DNA of 64,000 nucleotides from Chlorokybus atmophyticus (GCA_009103225.1 RHPI01001715.1:1020011-1084010), one strand, 5' to 3'; shown: positions 12,630-25,097, numbered from the stretch's first letter. Notes: generated by a model not told the origin, from the letters alone. Translations and numbers: made by a program.

Positions 12630-15600
12630 TTAGACCTTCACAGGCACGGCACAGAGTATTACTAGCTCGTTCTTGGTTGACAACGGGGCAACGCATAACT
12701 TTGTCGAAGAAAAATGGGTTATGCGCAATAAGATAGCGTGTAAACCCTCAGCATTCTCAGCTGCTGGTGCTGGGGTTACGTCATTGGTAAAAAGGTGAAA
12801 TTAAGTTGAAAGTTAAGATTGGTAGTTATCAAGCCAGTTTAACTTTCACCGTAGTGCCCATTGACATAGTTGGTGTTGATGTGGTATTTGGCCAAGAATG
12901 GCAGAATCAAGTGTCTATGACATTGGATTACTGCTGCACGGCTGTGCACAGTAAAGGGGCGTAAGCGCATCACTTTGTCCGTGCAGGGGTTGCATAGCTT
13001 GGGATACAAGCAAACAGACCATGTGTTTCTTACGGCGCTTCAAGTGCAGCGTGCGTTACGTAAAAACACACCTGCTTTTTTAAGGCACTAAACGTCGAGT
13101 GATGATGTAGTGCATGGCAATACAAAAGGTGTGGCGGACATCATTGAGAAATTCAAGGATGTGTCCTCAGATGAGTTGCCGGGCTTGCCCCTTGATCGAG
13201 GTGTCGGACACACAATACGTTTAATTTCTTATAGTGAGCCTCCATTTCGGCCTATATAGGTTGAGCCCTCGTGAGAGGGGGGAAATGGAAACACAGATAA
13301 AAGAGTTATTGGAAAAGGGATTAATTGAACCAAGTTCTTCACCCTTTGACGCACTCATATTGTTTGTTATTAAAAAAAATGGGAAGTTGCGCATGTGTGT
13401 GGATTACCGAGCTCTAAACAAGATTACGGTAAAGAACAGATACCCGTTGCCAAGGATTGATGATGTGTTTGACAAGTTGTCAGGCAATGCGTACTTCACT
13501 ACGCTAGACTTGACAAGCGGCTATCATCAAATCCGGATTCGTCCTTTAGATGTTTATAAGACAGCATTCAGGACACCTACGGGCCATTATTAATACAAAG
13601 TGTTACCGTTTGGATTGACCAATGCACCCGCTGTGTTTTTAAAGGAAATGAATACAAGTTTCGGTGACATGCTTGGTGAACATGTCATGATATACTTGGA
13701 TGACATCATTGTCTTTAGTAAAATAAAGGAAGAACATAGGCAACACTTGGAAGCGGTGTTTGCAAGATTGCGCAAGCATCGTTTGTTGGCAAATCTCACC
13801 AAGTGTGATTTTCGTAAAACGAAGTTGCCCTTTCTTGTTCACATTGTGAGTGGTGCAGGTATCAAATTTGACCCTCGCAAAGTGCAGATTGTGAAAGAGT
13901 GGCCCCAACCTTAGAATATCCATCAACTAAGGTCGTTTTTCTAGGGTTGGCAAACTATTTTCGCAAGTTCATGATGGGGTACTCGACAGTTGTCATGCCT
14001 TTGACCACACTGTTGCGTAAAGATGCCCCGTTCACTTGGACAACAGCACAAGAAGCTGCTGTGCAAAAGGTGAAGTTGGCTTTAACATCGGCGCCGGTGT
14101 TAGCACTGCCCAATTGGGACAAATACTTCATAGTGGTCAGTGACGCATCAACACTTGGGTGTGGTGCGGTACTATTGCAACATGGTAGACCTTGTGCATA
14201 TGAGAGTAGAAAGTTCATTCCTGCAGAGGTGAACTACACTACGACAGAGCAAGAACTATTGGGTATAGTTCATGCTCTCGAAACATGGAGATGTTACCTA
14301 GAGGGTGTTCAGTTCACTATTGTGATTTATCACAACCCGTTGGTGTATTTCTCAACATAGCAAAACATGTCGAAACGGCAAGCGTGCTGGAATGAGTTTT
14401 TGTCCAGGTTCACCTTTGATTGGGTGTATCGGCCGGGCAGAACCAATGTGGCTGACCCTTTGAGTCGCTGCCCGTCATTACTGGCGGTGATGCGCGCGCA
14501 ATTACTCGCGACACGCATCACATTGTCTCCCAATGATGAGTTTGTGCAAACTGTTGTACAGGGGTACACTTTGGACCCGTAGTTTTCTAATGTAGACAAC
14601 TTACAAAAGTTTGACAAACGTGACAATCCGTATTACATGAACAACAGTTTGGTGATCCCTGATCATGCTGGACTACGTGTAAAATGCGTAGCGGATGTAA
14701 ACGATCTACCTTACGCTGGGCACTTTGGTAATCGCAAAACCACTAAGGCCGCCTTGCGGCAGCGCAACAGTTGTATTGGTGGCCATTGTTGCCTGCTGAT
14801 GTGAAGCGGTATGTGGACACGTGTGACAAATGTCAACATGACAAACCGTTACGCAAAAAAACCGCTGGGCTATTGCGGCCGTTAACAGTTCCTGACAGTA
14901 AGTGGGAAAGTGTGGATATGGACCTTATCACTGAGCTCCCTAAGACAGCATTGGGTCATACAGTGGTTGCAGTGTTTGAATCGTTTGACCAAAATGGTTC
15001 ACATTGTTTCTTGCCGCACGGAGATAGGCTCCCGTGGTTTTAAGCGATGGTTTTTGTCGCGTCAGTGTTCAAGTTGCATGGCTTGCCTCGCAACATTGTA
15101 TCTGACCGTGACCCGAGGTTTGTGGCTCAATTTTGAAAGTCATTATGTAACTTCCTGCAGATATAGCAGCAAATGAGTACCGCTTATCATCCGCAGACTG
15201 ATGGTCAGACTGACCGCGCCAATCAAGTGATTGAGGAGACCATTCGGCGTTATCAAAGTCCGAATCAGTCTGATTGGAATATTTATCTTCCAGTGGCTGA
15301 GTTCGCGATTAACAATGCATGGCAAGAGAGCGTGCAGGAAACTCCGTTCTTCTTAAATTACGGAGTGCATCCACAAAGTCCTGCGAGTATTAAGTTGCCA
15401 GCTAATGACTTGACTCACGTGCCTGCAGCGCACGAGATGGCTGCGGCCATGCAAGACATTTTAGCATTGGCAAAGAGCTGTCTGCGCGCAGCGCAAGATT
15501 GACAGAAAGCCCAAGCTGATAAGCATCGTAGGCAGCCCGACTATGATGTGGGCAATTCGATGCTTTTGAGCACTAAAAACATATCCATCAAGGGAGTGGG

Positions 15601-15960
15601 TACCCAAAAATTTTTCCCTCGCTGGATAGGCCCCTTCAAAGTGGTTAATCGGGTCGGCACTCACGCATATCGTTTGGAGTTACCATATTCCATACATATA
15701 CATAATGTGTTTCATGTGAGTGTACTGAAACCGTACCGTTCAGACGGTCGGGTTCAACCTCCTCCACCCCCAGTCGCAGTGGATGGCGATGATACTTTCG
15801 TGTATGAGGTGGAAACAATCTTGAGTCACCGTAAGCCCCAACGCGGACGCGCGCCGACTTACTTGGTGAAATGAAAAGGGTATAGTGTTGAACACAACAC
15901 GTGGGAACCCGAAAGGAATCTTACCAATCTTACCAACTGCCAGGAGATTCTTCGGGAGTA
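12630..15960 (+). pseudogene. Element B pol: protease, RT, RNase H, integrase, chromodomain (degenerate)
   Basis: FLVDNGATHNFV; [22 protein letters not shown]; IYLDDII; VVSDASTLGCGAVL; YTTTEQELL; HHCC (HFGNR..CDKC); MSTAYHPQTDGQTDR; chromodomain YEVETILSHR...YLVK*KGYSVEHNTWEPERNL. Confidence 0.95.
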
Positions 15961-16103
15961 CTGGGGAGTGATGTGTCCGCACGCGGACGGTAAAAGGGTG
16001 CTGGCAGACATCTTTACCGCTTCGGCCCTGGTTCTTTTCTCACTCAGGTTTTCAGTGCTCACGGTGGGGCCTTGCTAACCCTTCAATCAGGACATTGAAA
16101 CCT

Positions 16104-16116
16104 AAGTGGGGGGGAA
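16104..16116 (+). other. Element B polypurine tract
   Basis: AAGTGGGGGGGAA immediately 5' of the 3' LTR start TGTAAC. Confidence 0.85.
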
Positions 16117-16444
16117 TGTAACGGAGTGCTACCGCTATGCGGTTCCCCGCCCTTATTTAATAAAAAATAAGGGTTCCAACGGGATAAACACAGCCATTAA
16201 AATCGTGTTAGGGCCTTTATATGCCCTAATAAGGTGTTATATTGCGTAACATTGATATCGACTTGAGACATGAGTCTCAAGTCGATATCGGCCGCATGGC
16301 GGCGCTGCTAACAGCAGCGACCGCCATAGCCAGGGGTTTTTTTGATCCCTTCCTTGGCTGCCAGCGGCGGCGGCAGCGACGTGGCTGTGGTTGGTGGTGT
16401 TGGGTTAGGGGATTAAAGGGGGCGGTAGCACTCCCCCCCTTACA
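16117..16444 (+). repeat. Element B 3' LTR (328 bp)
   Basis: TGTAACGGAG...CCCCCCCTTACA followed by TSD CCTGC. Confidence 0.95.
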
Positions 16445-16449
16445 CCTGC

Positions 16450-17220
16450 CCTTGAGTCAATCGGCCCTACAAGGGATACCACAGAAGGAGACACGCGCGC
16501 CACCAGCGTCGAGATCGATGACGTGGAGCTGACGACCACCGACAGCAGGCAAGATGTATGGCTAGACAGGCCATCCCTCTTCTTCCTTTAAAGTGGTCAA
16601 CTTCCCTCCGGCATGGGTGCGCGTGAGAAGGACCGCGTCAACCAACGCACTCAGCACTACCGCTGGGCAGATGACAAGCTGTATCAGCGTCTTCGCGGTG
16701 AAGACAAGGAGGTGCCAACCTCAGACACACGCGAGGGCATCATCACTACCCTACACACTGAGCTTGGACACTTTGGTGTCAAGCGTACGGTCAGCCTTGT
16801 AAGGCCACAATATTGGTGGCATGGGCTGTACAAGCAGGTGCAGGAGTTCATGGGTCACTGTCAACAGTGTGACATGGTGCGCACCAGCCTCAACACGCGC
16901 AGCGCAACATTACACCCTCTTCCCATCTCCGGCCTCTTCTATCGATTGGGACTCGACATCTTGGGAGACTTATAACCCTTGGCATGTGGCAACCGCTACA
17001 TCCGAGTGATGATCGAGCATTTCTCTAAGTGGGTAGAGCTAGTGCCACTACCCGACAAGAGCAGTAGGGGGGTGGCTCAATCCTTCCTCTCTCATGTCAT
17101 CAGCCGGTGCAGCAGCTGCGCAGAGGTCGTCACCGACTAAGGCACTGAGTTCAGGGTGGAGTTCAGGGGGGAGTTCGACACTCTCTTGGACAAGTGCTCG
17201 GTCGGTTATCACGATACCCA
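16450..17220 (+). pseudogene. Element A integrase (resumes after nested element B; truncated at 3' end)
   Basis: HTELGHFG...CQQC HHCC motif, LGLDILG (first D), EHFSKWVELVPL, VVTD*GTEF (second D). Confidence 0.85.
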
Positions 17221-17459
17221 TGGAGGAGTATTGGTGTGATAACTGCCGCGCCAACAACTCTTCACACTTGCGTTGAACACTGAGCTCTGGAGCTGGAACC
17301 TCCCCAGAACCTCAGGGGCAATGGCTTGTTGATTGTGTGTCCTACAGCACAGCATGTTTAAGAAGGAGGGGATTCTCTCCACATGTCCACTACTCCACAT
17401 CAGCGGAATTGCTACGGGAAGCACCTACTCTTACAAGATGTCATCTTTGTGCTTTTGCT

Positions 17460-20400
17460 AACACCACCAGACATGCTACAGCATGCGGTATTAGCGTGTC
17501 CAGCAGTCATGTCTTTCCTTTCAGCTGCACGAGACAACGTGACCCTCAACTCTCCTCGACCCGACAGGTTGCCCCTGGCGGCGGCTGTGTCGGCGACGTG
17601 GCTGGTGGCGGTATTGGGTAGGGGATTGAAGGGAGGAGGTAGCAACCCCTCTTCTTTTATTGGTATCGGATCAAGGACGGCGAGGGGTCTGTGGGCGGCG
17701 GCTTTGGCATAGAGGCAGCAGGCGGCAACAACTGCGGCAACTAGCAGCCGTTACCCACTAGGGTGGGTAGTGGTGGTTGATCGCTGATTGTTGTTGTTGT
17801 TGTTGTTGTAATAATTGTCGCTGCCGCTCGTGTAGCTTAGCCTTGCTTGCTTGCTTAGCATAGCGTAGATTAGCCTAGTTGCCCTGGCCTAGCCTAGCTT
17901 GCTGTTAGAGGAGGCGGTCACTCGGCCTCTTCTCTAAGCATTGCATGCCCAGCACATCACAAAGTGAGAATTACTTATTTCACTTGTGCGTGCTTGTACC
18001 ATTACGTGGATTCGTGGTATTGTGAAGGTTTTGTGTGTAATACTTCCACAATCTCTTACGGGTCAGTCCGGTGGCAACATTGGCTGTTTCGACTGCCAGT
18101 TAGTGCGGTGAGGCCGCCAGAGTCATTCTATGCGGCCGATATGAGACTTACGACTCACAACTTGTCGATATTGGCCTGTATGGGTGATTCAACAAGATCT
18201 GGCACCTTGTGTGTCAATTGTGAGTTGAGCTGACTTGTACAAAGTGAAAACTTTGAGTACCTATAGCTTGTGAATTGTCGCGTGGATCCGCGTGCGGTTT
18301 GTTGCAACAACAAGTGTCTGGTTGAGAGGTGTGTGGAGAACTCTTGCTTGAGCTAAATACTTCACGTTAACCATCTCAAACTTGACGAGACAAAACCAAC
18401 AGACTTCGACACTTTCGAAGTGCACAACTTGTGTATTAGTGCACTTGCAAACTTCCATTATTGACGGCTTATAACCTGGGGCAGATGTCCGACCAAGGAG
18501 AGGAAGGTGTGATGTTTTCTTCCATGCCCAAGAAGTAAACATCATATGAGCTATCTAGTGATGAGGAAGTGAAGGACTCGGACACGAGTGAAAGCTATAC
18601 GCTTACTGGCAGTGACAAGGAAGAAGAAGCTACGCAAAAGACTGGTGCTTTTCTCAACCAGTCTTCTCAGGGTGGATCAGTGGACACTCAAAATGTCATT
18701 GGCCGGGCCATCGAGAAGTATGCCTTAAAGCGTAAGGCTCTGCTTGCTGCCCACCCTCAGCTTCATTAGAAACGTGGGATGCATGGGCGCATAAGGTTCG
18801 CGATGGCTATGAGACAGACTTTGCCACACTCCCTCGCGCAAGCAAGGAGGTGGTGATCCGCATGCTTGAGCACGGGTTGACGAACAACATCCCGCCACTT
18901 GTGCGAGGTGATCCGAGAGTAGCTGCTTTCATGACCATACATGATAAGCCCCTCCCTCATCAAGGGAAGCGAATGGCGTTTCAAGGCTTGGCCAACTTGG
19001 TGGTGAAACCCCCCAACGTTGCAAAGATGTGTTCTGGTACTTGGGACCGGACTTGGAACATAAGTTGACTGGCCGAGTGAAGCTTGAGGCACGCCTTTAT
19101 GTTATGCAATCTGAGTTGGCGCTGCGCCAGCAGGTGGCGGGTGCTACTTCAGCAACTGGTGCATCAACGGGGCTGCCGGTTATAGTGCTAAACAAGCCTG
19201 AAAAGTTTAAGCCCAACGGGAGTGTCAGCATCCATGACTGGGTGGTCACTGTTTAGCACTACATGACAGCACTAAAGGGCAAGGACGGGTGGTACCTCTG
19301 TTGTGGACATTCAGTGGCATAATGCAGAGTGTAAACAGTTCATTCTTGATCGACACAAGTGCAACACAACTTTGTTTGAAGATTAATGGGTTGTGCGCAA
19401 CGAGATATTGTGTAAACCCTCAGCATTTTTAGCTGTCGGTAACAGACCGTTACATCAGACACCCGCTGGGTTGCTGCGACCATTGCCAGTTCCTGATGGC
19501 AAATGAGAAAGTGTGAGTATGGGACTTGATTACTGAGCTCCCAAAGACAGCATTAAGTCACACTGCGGTTGCAATTTTTGTGGACCGTTTAACAAAACTG
19601 GTTCACATTGTCTCTTGACGCACGGAAATAGAGTCTCGTGAGTTTGTAATGGTTTCCGTCGCGTCTGTGTTCAAGTTGCATGGCTTGCCTGGCAACTTTG
19701 TGTCTGATCGCGATCCGCAAAATGTGGCTTGGTTCTGCAAGTCGCTACACAACTTTTACAAAATCAATAGATCATGAGCACAGCTGACTTTCGCAGACGG
19801 ATGGTCAAACAGAATGCGCCAATCAAATAGTTGAGGAAACCATCCGGCATTATGTGAGTCCGACTTAGAATGATTGTGATATTTTATCTCCTAATGGCTG
19901 AGTTCGCAATCAATAATGCATGGCAAGAGAGTGTGCAAGGAATCTCCGTTTTTCTTAGATTACGGAGTGCATCCATAAAGTCCTGCGAAAACACCAAGTT
20001 GCCCGCTACTGACATAAATTGCGTACCTACACGCGAGATGGCTTCAACCATGCAGGATAGGTTAGCATTGGCAAAGGACTGTTTGCGCGCAGCGCAAAAC
20101 AGACAAAAAGCCCAGCTAGTGCGCATCGTAGAGAGGACAACTACGATGTGAGATGTTTAATGCTTGTAAGTACCAACAACATATCCATTGATGGGGTGGG
20201 TACCCGCAAGGTTTTCCCTTGCTGGATAGGCCCTTTTAACGTGATTAATCGGGTCGGCACTTATGCGTATCGGTGGGACTGCCAAAGTTGATACGCATTC
20301 ACAATGTGTTTCATGTGAGTGTATTAAAACCGTACCTTTCTGACGGTTGGGTTCAACCCCCTCCACCCCGTTGCAGTGGATGGCGACGATACTTTTGAGC

Positions 20401-20607
20401 ATGAGGTGGAAGCAGTTTTAAGTCATCGTAAGCCACAATGCGGACGCGCGCCGTTTTACTTGATGAAACGAAAAGGGTACGACGTTGAGCATAACACGTG
20501 GGAGCCCGAAAGGGATCTTACCAGCTGCCAAGAGTTTCTTCGGGGGTAATGGAGTGCTTTGTCCATATGCGGACGGTAAAAGAGTGATGGCAGACTTTTT
20601 TACCGCT
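17460..20607 (+). mobile_element. Element C: internally deleted relative of element B (partial 5' LTR, PBS, 5' gag, PR fragment, integrase, chromodomain; no RT/RH, no 3' LTR)
   Basis: LTR 3' end similar to B (about 17570-17660). PBS TGGTATCGGA at 17661. Leader and gag colinear with B 9870-11540. KPEKFKPNGSVSIHDWV shared with B. Integrase and chromodomain sequence 19450-20530 similar to B 14840-15940. Confidence 0.85.
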
Positions 20608-22935
20608 TCGGCCCTATTTAAAATTTCTATTGCATGAGAGATGCTGCGTACAACTGATGGCACAACTTAAAAGTGTACATTGCATTGGAGACAGGCTGTC
20701 TCCATTGCTATGTATATATAATGAAGCACATCATGCAAACGCAGCATTGTCTTAGCTTTAAGTTAAAGGCAATTTAGCCACATTATGCAAAGGCGAGCAA
20801 GTGGGTTTGCATATGTATAAATATCCATTGTAGCAGGTATACGGTATCAATAAAGATGCAATTGTAGCTAGCCGAGGTATGTTGCTTACTACCAAACCTT
20901 GCCGTGTACTACAATAAACAAATGACTTTATGTGCACTCCTACGTCAACCACAAAACGAATTGTGCAAAAGAACGGCAAGCCGAGCAACAAGCATTAATT
21001 ATCGGAACATTGCAAAAATGGTAGAGATTGTAAGAGGGGATACTGCTACAGCCACACAACTTTAAGCATGATGTGCCTGAGCTGCACACGCGATAATAGT
21101 TATTGGTTCATAACGCAATGTGCACGCACTTGTTGTAATGGGTTTCGCATATGCAAACATGCATGCGAGAGATTGGCAGATTTCGGCACATAAAGAGTAT
21201 AAAGAATTGCAAGCAACCCTTGGTGGTTTGGCACTTGCAACCACATATGGCATAACTCAATCAGCGTGACTACTCGAGCATAAATAGATTAGGGCCCCCC
21301 TCAGCCTGGCCTATTATTATATGCAGCCATGTGCAAGGCGAATTGAGACCGAAAGCAGGTAAGGCAACGCACAGTGTATCAATTGATTATAAGCCCTTTT
21401 GTGAATAAAATTTGCTGTTGCGACCATTGCATATAAATTGTGGTTATCAACTACCCGATGTAGTTCCCCGGTGTCATGCGAGCCTCCACCGCTAGAGGGT
21501 GAAGGGGGAGAACTGTGTATATACCACAGCCTTGCAGCGGATATTTAATACAATAATATAGTAACAATGTTAAATGTGCCTTAATTTGCTATGAGTCGAT
21601 ACAAAGTTGTGTAGATTAGATTGTACGAAATTTTACTCTTATAGCAAAAATGGTATCATGGCTTAAACGCGTTTATTACACGTGCTGATTGTATTTAGCC
21701 ACTGTTTTTGACGAAGTTAGCATACAACAATTTTGCATTGCACCGATAACCGTCAACACTTGAATCCGATATCATTTGTACCGTGTAGTTTCAGTCACAT
21801 TATAACTCAACTTTTTATATCCGTATGCGACCACAGCATACAAAAGTATGCAGTGGTCGCTTTTAGTGAGTTTAAATATCATGTTACATCTGCTGCAACA
21901 AGTTTACACTTTAGTAATTTTAAATAAACACCATCTATGGTGTTGCCTATAATCCTCACACGGTGTATCACCTATTCTTTCTTTATAATCGCAACATTGC
22001 AATGAATGTTGTACTTGATGAAGTACCCCACTTTACCTCTAGTAGTGGCGGTGCACTTGCATACCGTCATATGAAATAATGCGATGATAGCAGAGGTATT
22101 ACGAGCAAATATACGATGATACCAATGGTATGAGTAAACTCTTATTATAAAGCTTGCATACATTAATGTTTGCTACATCCATAAGTTGCAAAGTGTAATG
22201 TAATAGCCAAATATAAATTGTAGCTGTTAAGATTAATAATCAATCTAATGTGATAATCATGATAACAGTTGTTCATGAGACGCATCATGCAAATAAACCT
22301 TAATTCATCGAAAGATATTGAAGCGCGCATGATACATATGCGTGTAAAGTCTTAATTGCGTTATATAAAAACGCTCTAATTCAATAGTAATAATACTACG
22401 TAGTTTATCAAAGATTTACAAGCTCTTTAATTCTATGTATTATCTTACAACAGTTATTAACTTATTTTTTTAATTTAAAATACAATGATACTGACTTGGA
22501 CAAAGCTATTCACATTACACTTTACATATGTGTAACAATTGTTAATGATAGTTACTCTGCGCATCGTTAGAATGGCCACCTATTTCATGAAAACAACTGT
22601 TCTTATAATTTACAAAAATCAACCTTAGATGTGCTTGATGTGAAGAAGTCAAAGTTCAGCACTCAGCAGTTTATAGCACCCACTACTGGAAGCTTGGCAA
22701 TGATGTGACGGAAAGCGGTCGCATTAATACAGCACTTGCAACAACTCCTGGTCCTATCGAGTACTCATACGTGAATCTGAAGGGCCAAATTGTCCCTTCA
22801 GAGTCATGTACAAGAAGGATTCATGCACGTCGTTGGCCTTGGCCGGGCCAAGCGCACGACGTGCATGAATCTCTCGCCAGCTGTGGCTGTGATTCACAGG
22901 CTGTAGGGATGGGTTGGGGCCGAAACTACCGGGTA

Positions 22936-23395
22936 CAGTCTACCCCCGTTACAAAACTTCGGTTTGAGAGTATAACCCCGTTAAGGTCATAAATAGGCAA
23001 AAGTTCGATGGTTTTACATAAAAGTATCAATGGTTAGTGGAATAGTCTTGTACGTAAGAAGACCAAAGCGAAGGCCAAAGAGTGGGCTCAGTCTTGTAAG
23101 GGAGGAAATACCTCGTTATGGCATGCTTGTTCTATTGTTATTAGCATAAATAGATCACAAAACTCATATACAGTTACGTACGTAATTAAATTGTTATCAA
23201 TCATTATCCATTTCACTTATGCCACGTCAGTATATGATGACGTGGCTTAGGGTTATCACGCAATATCCGTGTGAGTGAAATATATTTCATAAACAATAAA
23301 AGAATATGTATTGTTATAAACGCCAAGATCATAACCCCGTTAATGGAATGAAAAGCTGAAAGATAATACATGATTCTGGGTACATACTTACATCA
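22936..23395. mobile_element. MITE-like copy of the ~457-bp TA-flanked family (right end degenerate)
   Basis: TA+CAGTCTACCCCCGTTACAAAACTTCGGTTT matches the reverse complement of 39600-39660 over about 60 bp; degenerate GGGTACATAC end near 23390. Confidence 0.6.
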
Positions 23396-23399
23396 AACG

Positions 23400-23800
23400 C
23401 ATCTGTGTGTGTGTGGGTACAGTCTCCCCCCACACACATGCGCACATGTAAGCGTGTATCCACATACACACAAAACACATTCAAGTACATTTATGGTAGC
23501 ATACATGTACGATGCATATATAAACATGCATGTATATGTTATACACATGTAATAAACTACATGTATATATGCATACAAGGTAGATATATATAAGTGTATG
23601 CATGTGTACGTGTTTATATATATTACGTGATTGCATATCATTTACATAACTGTACATATGCATATAATGTACGAGCATCCATCCATCATTGTATCTTTAA
23701 TGGCACATATGATGTATGCATGTAACATGTATAAGCAGAGCATATAATGCATGCTTGTACCTTGCGTTCTTTTCGGGCGATATTGTAACAACGGTATACA
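23400..23800. repeat. Degenerate AT-rich (CATA/TACA/TATG) low-complexity tract
   Basis: Dense imperfect TACATATGCATG-type motifs; ORFs here are compositional artefacts. Confidence 0.6.
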
Positions 23801-23874
23801 ATATACTTATACGTATGTCAGCTGACGCACACATAATTGTATGTGTCATTTACGTAAAATTGGCCATCTATTAG

Positions 23875-24250
23875 TTTTACCCGATTTCGGGCAATGACGT
23901 GGGGAATTACCCAGGCTCGAACCCCAACGCGAGTAACCCATGAACGGGTAACGTGGGTAAACGGGTCAAAACGCGGGTACACGCGGGTATCACCCCGACC
24001 CGCACCCGCACAGGTGATGACCCTAATCACAGCCTGTGATCCTCGTCAATGGATACTGGACAACACATCCGGTGCACGGTGGTGGCATGGTCAATCCGGT
24101 GAGCGATCGCCTACAATCTCCGACATTTGCGGCGCGACTTGCTCCACCACTGCAAGCGGGCTTGTTGTTAGTGCGTCCGTTCACGGTCCGTTCTCTGGGT
24201 CTAGGTCAAGATACCGATTTAGTAGCATGAAGAATGAGTGCCTCGTTTGA
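23875..24250 (+). mobile_element. Possible hAT transposon remnant
   Basis: Cluster of TACCCG/CGGGTA/ACCCG motifs at 23875-24010. Adjacent ORF RWWHGQSGERSPTISDI..STTASG..RFSSMK weakly resembles the hAT C-terminal dimerisation domain. Confidence 0.3.
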
Positions 24251-25097
24251 CGGTGCAAACTCTACCCACGGGCGGCAGTTAACACATTGTAAGCGTGCAC
24301 TTCACAGAGCGAGCACTGTGCGTGCGAACTGTCCAATGCGCATTCTAGCGAGGCCGTGAGTAAGCCACACAGCTCGGCCAAACGGCACTGCCTATGAGCC
24401 GCGTTGCCACTTGGCAGCCTGCCATCTTGCCCACATTCCCTGCCCCGGTAATTGGCATCTGCCACTGTGACGACATAACATTCCGCTGCAAACATTTCCC
24501 TTCAACACAACGCTGTGCCTGTCACTTTCTACATCACGCAGCTTGGGGTTTGCTCAGCAGCGGGTTCGCATGCTTTTACATAGTTGCCTGTATAAAGGGC
24601 CAGGGTCCGGACCGAAAGTTAGGCCCCAAGTAAGTTGCAGGCTTCTGACAGGCCGTACTTCTTCACTACCCGCTGTAGGCACTGTACTGAGAGTATTTAA
24701 CCAGCATCTTTCTGATTTGGAGGTGATCGTTCGTTATCGTCGCGTTCGGCTTTGGCTTTGACGACTTTCGCCGTGGACAAGAGGGGACAAGTCGTCAGCC
24801 TGCGGGCGGCGGCGGTGGCAGCGGCGGCGGGTGGAGTGGTAGGGGGGATTGTTCACGCTGCTGCAGTGTAGTCCTCGTTGTGGTCGTCGTCGTCGTTCAA
24901 GAACTTCTTGTCGGCCAAGTCTGCGGTGGTGATCGCAGGAGCGGCCGCACGTGAGCGCCGGCTTGCTCAGCCCGCGAGTGAAGGTGACCCTAAGCAGGAT
25001 TGGGAAGGCCTGGTGGCCCAGTGAGCGTGAGGAGTTGTACAAGGACGGTGCTGGCATGCCGTGTTAGGCTGAATCTGGCTCCTCGAGGGAGACCACC

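Larger units (their letters stand above)
9531..16444 (+). mobile_element. Element B: full-length decayed Ty3/Gypsy chromovirus nested in element A
   Basis: Paired LTRs 9531-9853 and 16117-16444 ending TTACA. Perfect 5-bp TSD CCTGC (9526-9530, 16445-16449). PBS, PPT and gag-PR-RT-RH-INT-chromodomain in order. Confidence 0.96.
2850..17220 (+). mobile_element. Element A: decayed Ty3/Gypsy LTR retrotransposon (gag-PR-DNMT-RT-RH-INT), interrupted by element B; boundaries approximate, LTRs not found
   Basis: Colinear degenerate domains: zinc knuckle about 3410, protease LDTG 6096, C5-MTase 6810-7810, RT/RNase H 8050-9400, integrase 16450-17220. The pol frame is restored across the nested insertion. 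Confidence 0.85.
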
